This document shows, in pieces, positions 1-8,136 of a stretch of DNA of 64,000 nucleotides (its first letter is position 1; every line of letters begins with the position of its first letter). Made by a program: the position numbers and the translations under genes. Where the stretch lies: IMG/VR virus record IMGVR_UViG_3300045999_006495, positions 1 to 64,000 of that record. One strand, 5' to 3'. The notes beneath the pieces were generated by a model, which did no database searches, was not told where the DNA came from, and saw nothing but the letters and a program-made list of their open reading frames with translations. This DNA comes from a virus.

Positions 1-99
1 CCTTGACCCCTTGACCCCTTGACCCCTTGACCCCTTGACCCCTTGACCCCTTGACCCCTTGACCCCTTGACCCCTTGACCCCTTGACCCCTTGACCCCT
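1..99. repeat. Perfect tandem octamer (CCTTGACC)x12 plus CCT at the window start; minus strand (GGGGTCAA)n; telomere-like terminal repeat
   Basis: Read directly from the sequence; the array runs off the window start. Confidence 0.95.
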
Positions 100-454
100 A
101 ATCATAATTTATAAATTGACATAATGTAAAATTGACAAATCCTAAAATAAGGGGGTCTTTGACCCCCTTATAATTTTCAATTCTTGACCCCCTTATGACC
201 CCCTTTATTCTTGATTATTCTAGCATAGCACTTGTATAATAAGGGCTAAAACCACTCCCAGAAATAAGGGGGTCAAAGACCCCCTAATCTAGACCCCTCG
301 TCGCGTGCGACTTGCATCGCATTTTCGGTTGTAATAATCCTGTAATCAAAATATCATGTAAATATCAGGTTGAAAAGCTTGCAAAAACTCGGCACTATTG
401 ATATAATAGTATTATCAATAGTAAGTTGACTATTGACAATATGAGGAGGCTACC

Positions 455-628
455 ATGACCCCTATTGAATTGTTTGCCCTGTTCGCCACCCTGTTCCTTA
501 TGTTGAGTGGGTTGCTTGTGACGTGGATTGCCGAGGAGTATGGTCTGCGCCAAAAGATCCTGAGCTTTATCATTTTGGCAGGGGTCCTGTGGGCAATAAT
601 GGTGAGTATTTTGGTCAACATTCTGTAA
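455..628 (+). CDS. 57-aa two-TM membrane protein (MTPIELFALFATLFLML...), missing from the ORF track
   Basis: GAGGAGG RBS at 443-449, TATAAT at 403, terminator at 641-672, two hydrophobic segments. Confidence 0.8.
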   Translation: MTPIELFALFATLFLMLSGLLVTWIAEEYGLRQKILSFIILAGVLWAIMVSILVNIL

Positions 629-640
629 TCCACCTGTAAG

Positions 641-672
641 ATTGATCCCGAGGCAACTCGGGGTCAATTTTT
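641..672 (+). terminator. Intrinsic terminator (GCAA tetraloop hairpin plus U tract)
   Basis: ATTGATCCCGAG-GCAA-CTCGGGGTCAAT followed by a T run. Confidence 0.8.
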
Positions 673-790
673 ATTTATTTTAAGGGGGTCTCAGACCCCC
701 TTTTCAAGACCCCTCGTCGCAGCTCGGTTTCTCATAATCTTCTCATCTAATTTTAATGTATTTTAATCTATTTTGGGCTATAATGGGGTC

Positions 791-827
791 AGTAGGATAA
801 AACTCGGGGTCAGCCCCTACCTGACCT
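791..827 (+). ncRNA. 5'-leader pseudoknot, copy 1
   Basis: GTAGG(792-796)/CCTAC(816-820) and GGGTCAG(807-813)/CTGACCT(821-827); begins about 7 nt after TATAAT (779-784). Confidence 0.6.
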
Positions 828-846
828 ATTTTCAAGGAGCAGTCAG

Positions 847-1128
847 ATGCAAGTAGTAGCAGTAGCCATTGTGGCAACAAGTGGACAAGTCAGTCAGTCA
901 AAGATGATCCTCAAAGAGTCTGCTTATGTCAATGAGCACGATTTGGCAGTCGAGCTGTTTTTGGACTGCCTCGACATGGTAGACGCCTTCGACATCAAGG
1001 GTCAGGTAACTTTTCACTTTGTCTCATATCTTAATGGTATGACCCTTGATGGTCAGGTAGATAATGGTAAGATCCTGCGTGCATACATCAATGACTATAT
1101 GGAGGAGTTATTTCACAAAGCTAGCTAG
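847..1128 (+). CDS. Hypothetical cassette protein, 93 aa (family A)
   Basis: AAGGAG RBS, own promoter and downstream hairpin. Confidence 0.8.
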   Translation: MQVVAVAIVATSGQVSQSKMILKESAYVNEHDLAVELFLDCLDMVDAFDIKGQVTFHFVSYLNGMTLDGQVDNGKILRAYINDYMEELFHKAS

Positions 1129-1170
1129 TTGACCCAAAAGGGGGGACTTGCAAAAAACAAGTCCCCCAAA

Positions 1171-1238
1171 ATCCAAAAGTCAAAAACCAAAAACCAAAAG
1201 TCAAAAAACAAAAGTCAAAAACAGGATCAGAAAAAAAA
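1171..1238 (+). repeat. Degenerate 7-bp A-tract tandem repeat (CAAAAGT/CAAAAAC)
   Basis: Read directly from the sequence. Confidence 0.7.
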
Positions 1239-1471
1239 ATACGGGGGTCATAAGGGGGTCTAAATAAGGGGGTCATAGACCCCCTTTGACTTATTGTCCT
1301 CTGACCCCCTTATTTCATTTTTACAAATCTGGATAATCCGTTCTGGCACTTTATTTATGGGGGTCTATGACCCCCGAATTCAGACCCCTCGTCGCACGCG
1401 ACTCGCAGTTACTCATCCAATTCTAATGTTAGATTAATCCAATTCTAATGTAGGATTGGGATAATGAACAC

Positions 1472-1504
1472 AGTAGGATCTTACTCGGGGCTAGCCTACG
1501 GCCC
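1472..1504 (+). ncRNA. 5'-leader pseudoknot, copy 2
   Basis: GTAGG(1473-1477)/CCTAC(1495-1499) and GGGCT(1488-1492)/GGCCC(1500-1504). Confidence 0.6.
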
Positions 1505-1523
1505 ACCTGGGAGGAATTGACTT

Positions 1524-1829
1524 ATGTCAACTCAAAAAGTGACTGTGGCTGTGACTGTGAGCAACGTGCGTGGTATGTTGGATTGTCAGATGATGGCGTT
1601 GCCCATGCCCTATGACTATGAGGCGTGGCAGTATGCTTCGGAAGTGGTGGAGTGGGTGCGTGCTACTGAGGTGTATCAGGGGTCAGTAGATGCACAGGAT
1701 CCCACCTGCTATGTTACTGTTATGGTAAACCTGAACTCCAAAATTACAATTTCAGAACAATTCATTACAAGTGTAATGTTTATGTCAGAAGTCCGCGAGT
1801 TCTTTGAGGAGGTCATCATCAAGTCATAA
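1524..1829 (+). CDS. Hypothetical cassette protein, 101 aa (family A)
   Basis: GGAGG RBS, promoter, terminator 1844-1873. Confidence 0.8.
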   Translation: MSTQKVTVAVTVSNVRGMLDCQMMALPMPYDYEAWQYASEVVEWVRATEVYQGSVDAQDPTCYVTVMVNLNSKITISEQFITSVMFMSEVREFFEEVIIKS

Positions 1830-1843
1830 TCTAGGATCAGGGT

Positions 1844-1873
1844 GGGGGTGGTAGAAATACCACCCCCTATTTT
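1844..1873 (+). terminator. Intrinsic terminator (GAAA tetraloop)
   Basis: GGGGGTGGTA-GAAA-TACCACCCCC-TATTTT. Confidence 0.8.
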
Positions 1874-2010
1874 GTGTTAAAATTCGGGGGTCAAAAATTT
1901 AAGGGGGTCTAAGACCCCCTTTTCAAGACCCCTCGTCGCTCATAATTTTCTAATCCAATTCTAATCCAATTTTGTAGCATAGCACTTGTATTTTGTGTTA
2001 AAATACTCTC

Positions 2011-2042
2011 GTAGGATTAATTCGGGGCCACGCCTACGGCCC
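2011..2042 (+). ncRNA. 5'-leader pseudoknot, copy 3
   Basis: GTAGG(2011-2015)/CCTAC(2033-2037) and GGGCC(2025-2029)/GGCCC(2038-2042). Confidence 0.6.
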
Positions 2043-2059
2043 GCATACCGGAGGACCGC

Positions 2060-2362
2060 ATGAACCGCATCGCAATCGCAATCACCGCCACCGAGCTCCA
2101 CACCGCCTCGATTCAGGGGCGCACCGTGGCCGACCTGTTCAGCGTCGAGGGTGACGGTAACAGCCCGTACAGCCTGTCGTGGGAGATCCTGTTGCACGCC
2201 GAAAACCTGCGGTCGCAGGTCAACGAGACCGGCCTGTTCGAGTATGTGTTCGCAGTCAAGGCCGGGGACACGACCCACGTCTACATCTCGAACACCGCAG
2301 ACGAAATGCTTCGGTTCAATATTCACCATTTTCTGCGAGAGGCGATTTTCACCGAAGAGTAG
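2060..2362 (+). CDS. Hypothetical cassette protein, 100 aa (family A)
   Basis: GGAGG RBS, TAAAAT -10, terminator ~2376-2406. Confidence 0.8.
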   Translation: MNRIAIAITATELHTASIQGRTVADLFSVEGDGNSPYSLSWEILLHAENLRSQVNETGLFEYVFAVKAGDTTHVYISNTADEMLRFNIHHFLREAIFTEE

Positions 2363-2518
2363 TCAGGATCACCGAGTGGGGGGTGAGAAGTCACCCTCCA
2401 CATTTTAAAATCTAAAATTCGGGGGTCAAAAATTAAAATAAGGGGGTCTAAGACCCCCTATTGACCCCTCGTCGCATTCTCTAATCCAATTCTCATACTA
2501 TTTTGGTACAATTCTCTC

Positions 2519-2557
2519 GTGGAGATAAATACCGGTCGGCTATAGCTCCACCCGACC
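2519..2557 (+). ncRNA. 5'-leader pseudoknot, copy 4 (covariant)
   Basis: GTGGAG(2519-2524)/CTCCAC(2546-2551) and GGTCGG(2534-2539)/CCGACC(2552-2557). Confidence 0.6.
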
Positions 2558-2571
2558 ACCCGAGGGATGTT

Positions 2572-2889
2572 ATGAAAAGTCGAATTCTACCCGCTTTGGT
2601 CGTGCTCATCAACGATGTCACGCCGCTCAACCAGCCACCTGCCCGCACAGGATCTGCGTTTTGGGTCCTCGACATTGACGAGGCGATGTCAATCATCAAC
2701 ACGTTCCGTGCTCGCTACGGGTACTCGAGTGCCGCAATCGCCCTCCACGACGGGCAAACGTACCGCAAAGTCATTTGGTCGACATCAACACTCGACCGTG
2801 GACTTTGGGACATTAGCGACCAAGCGAAGTGGGAGGGGCACGAAAAGATTGTAGCGACCCTCGATGCTCGGAAGCGCAAGCGACGGTAG
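2572..2889 (+). CDS. Hypothetical cassette protein, 105 aa (start moved from 2503), basic C-terminus
   Basis: GAGGGA RBS before ATG 2572; the TTG at 2503 lies inside the promoter. Confidence 0.75.
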   Translation: MKSRILPALVVLINDVTPLNQPPARTGSAFWVLDIDEAMSIINTFRARYGYSSAAIALHDGQTYRKVIWSTSTLDRGLWDISDQAKWEGHEKIVATLDARKRKRR

Positions 2890-2895
2890 GATCAA

Positions 2896-2923
2896 GGAGG
2901 GGCGGGCGAAAGCCCGCTTCTCC
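2896..2923 (+). terminator. Terminator hairpin (GAAA loop)
   Basis: GGAGGGGCGGGC-GAAA-GCCCGCTTCTCC. Confidence 0.7.
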
Positions 2924-3152
2924 AAAATCTTATTTAAGGGGGTCTCAGACCCCCTTTTCAAATTTAAGATTTGACCCCCTTATTTTAAGTCTAAAATAGG
3001 CTAATCCAGCCTAGCACTTTATTTATAAGGGGGTCTATGACCCCCTAATCAAGACCCCCGTATTTTAGCTTAATTTTTCTCATCTAATTTTAATCTACTT
3101 TTGGTATTATACCTATGTAGTCAATAGTTGACTATAGATTTCGGAGGATGAT

Positions 3153-3437
3153 ATGACCGAGTTTACCGTAGACGTGTCCGCCCGTTGTGCCGTGTCCGAG
3201 ACCAGCGACTACTCGATGACGACCGCTTTCAAGATCCAGCGGCTCGGTGACACGACCCTTCAGGCCGCTCTGGCTATCCGGAAGTCGGCTATGTACGAGG
3301 AGTTGCCCGTGGGTTCGGTTATTCAGGGCAACATCCACATGTATACGCTCGAGGACGGGACCCTGTGTCGCATTCCGTTCACTATCACCCGTCAGCCTGA
3401 TGGCGAGCCGAGCTATGTAGAATTGATAGCCGAGTAG
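3153..3437 (+). CDS. Hypothetical cassette protein, 94 aa (family B)
   Basis: GGAGG RBS, promoter, downstream hairpin. Confidence 0.8.
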   Translation: MTEFTVDVSARCAVSETSDYSMTTAFKIQRLGDTTLQAALAIRKSAMYEELPVGSVIQGNIHMYTLEDGTLCRIPFTITRQPDGEPSYVELIAE

Positions 3438-3612
3438 TAACAGATCCCGTGGGGGTGGGCAACCACCTCCACATTCTAAAATCTAAAATTCGGGGGTCAA
3501 AAGGGGGTCTAAGACCCCCTAAAATAAAATATGTTTTTCTCATCTTCTCTTAATGTTGATGCGGTACAATAATAGTGTAGTCAATAGTTGACTATATGAA
3601 ACGGAGGCGGAT

Positions 3613-3861
3613 ATGTCACTCGAGCTAAACGTCGTATTCAAGGGGAGCGAGATGATGGTACCGGTCGATCGGTTGGGTCAGGTCAAAGATGGGATCATCA
3701 AGACGGTGACCTCGACCACCGAGTACTCGGGTATGATGCTGGGCGAGACTGCGACAGGGTCAGCGTTTCTCGAGGTCCCGCATGTCGGGCCTGTGTTGGA
3801 GATCCTCTTCGAGGTCAAGCGGGTAACGTGGTCAGGTAATCCCGAGGTGCGTGTATGGTAG
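3613..3861 (+). CDS. Hypothetical cassette protein, 82 aa (family B)
   Basis: GGAGG RBS, TACAAT -10. Confidence 0.8.
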   Translation: MSLELNVVFKGSEMMVPVDRLGQVKDGIIKTVTSTTEYSGMMLGETATGSAFLEVPHVGPVLEILFEVKRVTWSGNPEVRVW

Positions 3862-3911
3862 TCCTCGTGTTTGCGGCAGTAGCCATCGTGGTCGCTCTCA
3901 TCCTAGATTAA
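3855..3911 (+). CDS. 18-aa hydrophobic micropeptide MVVLVFAAVAIVVALILD
   Basis: GAGGTG RBS at 3844-3849; overlaps the previous stop codon and lies before the terminator hairpin. Confidence 0.5.
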   Translation: MVVLVFAAVAIVVALILD

Positions 3912-4083
3912 TCAAGCACACGGACCACCTTCGGGTGGTTTCGTGTCAATCTTTTATAAGGGGGTCTATGACCCCCTAAAATCCAAAAAACGATTCTCAT
4001 CATTTCTTAATCTGTTTTTTGGCACGGTAGTGTTATGCGTGGTATACTAGTATAGGATTAGATAACAGTATACGGAGGCGGAT

Positions 4084-4437
4084 ATGAAAAAGCGGATTGC
4101 ATACTATGTGGCGGAATTGACCCAAACGGAAACGGCATTTAAGAACGGCCTGTCGAGTGTAAATCCCGAGGGTGACTATTTCTACGAGGGTCCCGAGGTG
4201 ATCCCATCCCGCACTAGCGTACTCGTCTATAAGAAAACGCCATTTACTGCGAAACAAATAGCCGAGTTGGAGTGTACTGTTGAAAGTTCAAAGATTATCA
4301 GCATAACCGAACTTGACACAATATACACTACATTTGATGAACCGAAGCCGAGTATCTTTATCGGGCTCGTGCTCAAATACGGCAACTTTATCCGTGATGA
4401 GCGTAAGTTCCGTAAGGCGGTCATGAACGAGGAGTAG
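4084..4437 (+). CDS. Hypothetical cassette protein, 117 aa
   Basis: GGAGG RBS, TGGTATACT extended -10. Confidence 0.8.
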   Translation: MKKRIAYYVAELTQTETAFKNGLSSVNPEGDYFYEGPEVIPSRTSVLVYKKTPFTAKQIAELECTVESSKIISITELDTIYTTFDEPKPSIFIGLVLKYGNFIRDERKFRKAVMNEE

Positions 4438-4631
4438 ACAACACACAACACAACATACTCGGTAGCATGGTCAGGGACCGTGCTACCATCATATTTTTTT
4501 ACAGATCCTAGAATAAGGGGGTCTCAGACCCCCTAAAATACAAAATCCAATTTCTCATCTTCTCTTAATGTTGGCGTTATATAATAATAGTGTAGTCAAG
4601 TTGACTATACACTACCGAATGGAGGAACCGT

Positions 4632-4835
4632 ATGAAAATCGCTCGCATTTTGCTGGACGAGGCTAGTTTCACCGAAGACGAGTTGCAGGAGTATGTGGAG
4701 GTCGAGCCTAGCGAGGACGATGTGGCCGACATGATGCGTGGATGGGACGAGGTCGAGAGCAACTTGCCCGAGGTGGACTACATCGAGCAGTTCGAGAACG
4801 CCCTGCTTTACGGAGACGGTGACGTTCCGTGGTAG
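4632..4835 (+). CDS. Very acidic 67-aa protein (DNA-mimic candidate)
   Basis: GGAGG RBS; 21 D/E versus 3 K/R. Confidence 0.8.
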   Translation: MKIARILLDEASFTEDELQEYVEVEPSEDDVADMMRGWDEVESNLPEVDYIEQFENALLYGDGDVPW

Positions 4836-4999
4836 TCGATAGTTGGATGGTGGGTCAATCGGCCCACCGTCCTCTATGCAGAGTATAAGGGGGTCTCAGA
4901 CCCCCTTATTATTCTCTCACAATTTCTCATCTCGTTCTAATGTTGATGGTATATACTATAGATGGTTAGATAAGAGTACTTGATTATATGGAGGCGGTT

Positions 5000-5317
5000 A
5001 TGAGCAACGAGAATTCGGTTCAGGGATATCATGCCGAGGTATTGTACATGCTAGACGGGACCCCGATTAAAATCCAACTTGCGAACTATGTCAACATTAC
5101 GGACATGGTGAATAGCGCATGGAGACTTGTTGATACTCTTAAGAATGCGAACGTCAGTAAGTTCTACTTCGCATACTATCACAAGGGCGGGCTATATTCT
5201 ATCGCCACATACAAAATTAAAAACGGTATTTCGCATGATATAGGTTTTTACGGGACTAGCCCGTTTTCAATCCTACACATAGACGAGCTAGACATCAGCG
5301 CATGGGACAACGCCTAG
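5000..5317 (+). CDS. Hypothetical cassette protein (start moved from 4988)
   Basis: GGAGG RBS overlaps the 4988 ATG and precedes ATG 5000. Confidence 0.75.
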   Translation: MSNENSVQGYHAEVLYMLDGTPIKIQLANYVNITDMVNSAWRLVDTLKNANVSKFYFAYYHKGGLYSIATYKIKNGISHDIGFYGTSPFSILHIDELDISAWDNA

Positions 5318-5465
5318 ACTAACGGGAGCACGGGCCTACGGGTCCGTTGCTCTATCTGTACAATAAGGGGGTCTGAGACCCCCTTAAATTACTCTCATCT
5401 TGTTCTAATATTATTCTGTTATATTGTAAGTGTGATAAATATTTTATCACTTAATGGAGGCGGAT

Positions 5466-5741
5466 ATGATACAGTATGCGGTAGTCGCCATCAAAGATGA
5501 CACGGGTCGCTGGAACGAAGTATACGAGACTACGGACCATTACAGCACAGGATTTGTCTATTCTATGAGCGAAGTAAAAGCGCAAGAAGCGTGCGAAAAG
5601 CACGGTTGGGATTTCTGCGAAGTGATGATTGCGGCGTGTACTATCGAGCTCGGTGGCTATCCTGTCAAGTTGAACACTAACGTGTACTATTCATTCAAGT
5701 ATGAATATACACGAGAGAAGACGGACGAGGATAATGAATAA
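5466..5741 (+). CDS. Hypothetical acidic cassette protein (start moved from 5454)
   Basis: GGAGG RBS precedes ATG 5466. Confidence 0.75.
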   Translation: MIQYAVVAIKDDTGRWNEVYETTDHYSTGFVYSMSEVKAQEACEKHGWDFCEVMIAACTIELGGYPVKLNTNVYYSFKYEYTREKTDEDNE

Positions 5742-5891
5742 GTAGTGATAGTGTGGGGCGAGGCTATTGCCAGACCCCACCGTAATCTTAAGGGGGTCTA
5801 TGACCCCCTAAAACTATCTGCTATTTTCTCATCTTGTTTTAATGTTGTTACTGTATACTATAAAGGGTTAGATAATTATATGGAGGCTAGT

Positions 5892-6155
5892 ATGAAATAC
5901 GTGATGGATTGGGTCGGACTTAAGACGGGGGCCACGGTAACGATTCAGCAATTCGGTAACTTTCGCGACCTGCACTACGACTACGATACTGCCGAAGGTA
6001 TCCGTGCATTACATTACATGATGGAGAACCGTATGGTCGGTGGTCGTGCTTTTGTCAACTTTACCTGCGGATGTGTGTATACGTACAAGTGTGACGGCTA
6101 CCTGTCTAACGAGGACTTGTGCGATGCTCACGAGGAGATAGCGAACCTAGATTAA
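5892..6155 (+). CDS. Hypothetical cassette protein with Cys/His motif (CGC...C...CxxH); start moved from 5745
   Basis: The longer ORF would run through the palindrome and promoter; GGAGG precedes ATG 5892. Confidence 0.75.
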   Translation: MKYVMDWVGLKTGATVTIQQFGNFRDLHYDYDTAEGIRALHYMMENRMVGGRAFVNFTCGCVYTYKCDGYLSNEDLCDAHEEIANLD

Positions 6156-6319
6156 CATAAATGTGGCGGATGACTTGTGTCGTCCCCACATGTTTTTGAT
6201 AAGGGGGTCTGAGACCCCCTAAAAATTGCCGTATTTTCTCATCTCGTTTTAATGTTTATCTGTTAATATATAAATGTAGTCAATAGTTGACTATGTAGCA
6301 CTTAATAAGGAGCGACACA

Positions 6320-6727
6320 ATGGGACTTGACATGTATGCACATGTGCTCACCACCGAGGGCGCAGACTTGATTGCGAGTGGCGACTATGTTTGGGATGAC
6401 CTGCAACCGCACATCGTGGAAACGAACTTTTGGTACTGGCGGAAACATCACTCGTTACACGGTTGGATGCAACGCTGCTACGCAAAAAAGACGGGTATCG
6501 ACGAGCCAAACGAGTTTAATTGCATCTATGTGGAGCTTTTGGAGACGGATTTGGATGACTTGTTCGATGATATTAGCGAGGACCGACTAACGCCAACCGA
6601 GGGATTTTTCTTTGGTACACAATTCCCGTACACAGACGAGGATAAAGTTGGCGACTTCGAGTTTATTGAAAAAGCTCGAGAGCATATCAAAAACGGACAT
6701 CATGTATTTTACTCCTCGTGGTGGTAG
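6320..6727 (+). CDS. Conserved phage protein of unknown function (MGLDMY...YWRK...GFFFG...YSSWW type)
   Basis: Motif set recognised from widespread phage/mobile-element hypothetical proteins; AAGGAG RBS. Confidence 0.8.
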   Translation: MGLDMYAHVLTTEGADLIASGDYVWDDLQPHIVETNFWYWRKHHSLHGWMQRCYAKKTGIDEPNEFNCIYVELLETDLDDLFDDISEDRLTPTEGFFFGTQFPYTDEDKVGDFEFIEKAREHIKNGHHVFYSSWW

Positions 6728-6906
6728 ATTAGTCTAGGATTAGGGCCGCTCTCATAAAGAGGGCGGTCCCTGTCTACCTACAAAATAAGGGGGTCTGAGA
6801 CCCCCTAAAACTGAAGATTAAAATTAGATTAGTAATTTAATTTTAGTATTGACTTTTGGTATATGCTAGTGTAGAATATAAATGTAAGTTAGTTAAAGGA
6901 GCGATT

Positions 6907-7107
6907 ATGAGTCGATTGTTCGAATTGTTTGTTGACCATCAGGGGACAAAATGGCGCATTGACTATTATTGCGATTCGTTACAGGCACTACTTGACGAGG
7001 GTCGCTTAGACGATGCAAAAAAGTCTATCGAGTTGCGCGAAAGTTTGTTGTCGTTAGTTGAATTGATTAACACTATTGAGGAGATTAAGGATGCGAGTAA
7101 CAATTAA
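6907..7107 (+). CDS. Hypothetical protein (start moved from 6856)
   Basis: AAGGAG RBS before ATG 6907. Confidence 0.7.
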   Translation: MSRLFELFVDHQGTKWRIDYYCDSLQALLDEGRLDDAKKSIELRESLLSLVELINTIEEIKDASNN

Positions 7108-7336
7108 ACCGGCTATTTGGAGCGATGATATCCATGACTTTGTCGAAGTCAATTCTTATGATTACATAAGTACTACAGAAGATAATGCTAGCTCGGCCTG
7201 TGCTAACTTCGCTATTAAGTATCTTCGTAAGCACCGTATGAAATCCCAAACATTCGAATTTTGGATTATTGACAATGTCTACGGTGAATTGTTGGAAGTA
7301 GTGCGATATGACTATGGTATTGACACGCTAGATTAG
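7091..7336 (+). CDS. Hypothetical protein (start moved from 7076)
   Basis: GAGGAG RBS, coupled to the upstream gene. Confidence 0.65.
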   Translation: MRVTIKPAIWSDDIHDFVEVNSYDYISTTEDNASSACANFAIKYLRKHRMKSQTFEFWIIDNVYGELLEVVRYDYGIDTLD

Positions 7337-7512
7337 AGGATGGCCCCGAGGATTAATTCCAACGGGCCTGATTAAAATAAGGGGGTCTGAGACCCCCTTA
7401 TACTACACTGATTTTCTCATCTAATTTTAATGTAATATGTGTCGAATATATGTTAATATAAAGATGGTTAGATATGACTAACCGCAGGAATTGTAAGAAC
7501 GAGGAGACGAAG

Positions 7513-8136
7513 ATGCGTAAGCAACAGGTGAAGCGTGAGACGGTAATCCGTGAGTTGGCGACTACTTTTGCCACGGATGTCGAGTTGGTTGCGAAAGTGA
7601 CAGGGGTCGAGCCGAGTAAGATTACGAAACCGCTGTCGTATTTGGTCGAGGCTACGGATGCCGAGTTGGCACAATGGTTTACGACTCCACAGATCCAGCG
7701 GTTGCGTGCCGCCTTCGAATTGTCAAAGCGTGCAACGTTCGCATTACCCGAAGTCATCCGTGCACCATCGGACGCCGCTGCTTTTCTTAAGGCGACATAT
7801 CAGGATAAGTCACAGGAGTATTTTGTAGTGTTGTGTCTCAATACGAAGAATCGGATTATTAGCGTAGTCGAGCTTTACAAGGGGTCGCTTAATTCATCGC
7901 TTCTTCGTGTGGGCGAGGTATTTAGCGAGGCTATCCGTGTGAACGCCTGTGCTATCATCATCGCTCATAATCATCCATCAGGGGACCCGACACCGTCTGC
8001 CGATGATATTCAAGTCACACGGGATATTGCGGCCGCAGGTAAATTGTTGGATATCGATGTGCTCGACCATCTTGTAATCGGTAGTGACGGATGGATTAGT
8101 TTGCGAGAGCGTGGATTGGGCTTCGGTAACATCTAA
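7513..8136 (+). CDS. radC: RadC-family JAB/MPN domain protein
   Basis: QEYFVVLCLNTKN, AHNHPSGDPTPSADD and DVLDHLVIG motifs; GAGGAG RBS before ATG 7513. Confidence 0.93.
   Translation: MRKQQVKRETVIRELATTFATDVELVAKVTGVEPSKITKPLSYLVEATDAELAQWFTTPQIQRLRAAFELSKRATFALPEVIRAPSDAAAFLKATYQDKSQEYFVVLCLNTKNRIISVVELYKGSLNSSLLRVGEVFSEAIRVNACAIIIAHNHPSGDPTPSADDIQVTRDIAAAGKLLDIDVLDHLVIGSDGWISLRERGLGFGNI

Noticed and set aside
395-667. Minus-strand ORFs 395-667 and 430-633
   Set aside because: They are antisense to a plus-strand gene with RBS, promoter and terminator.
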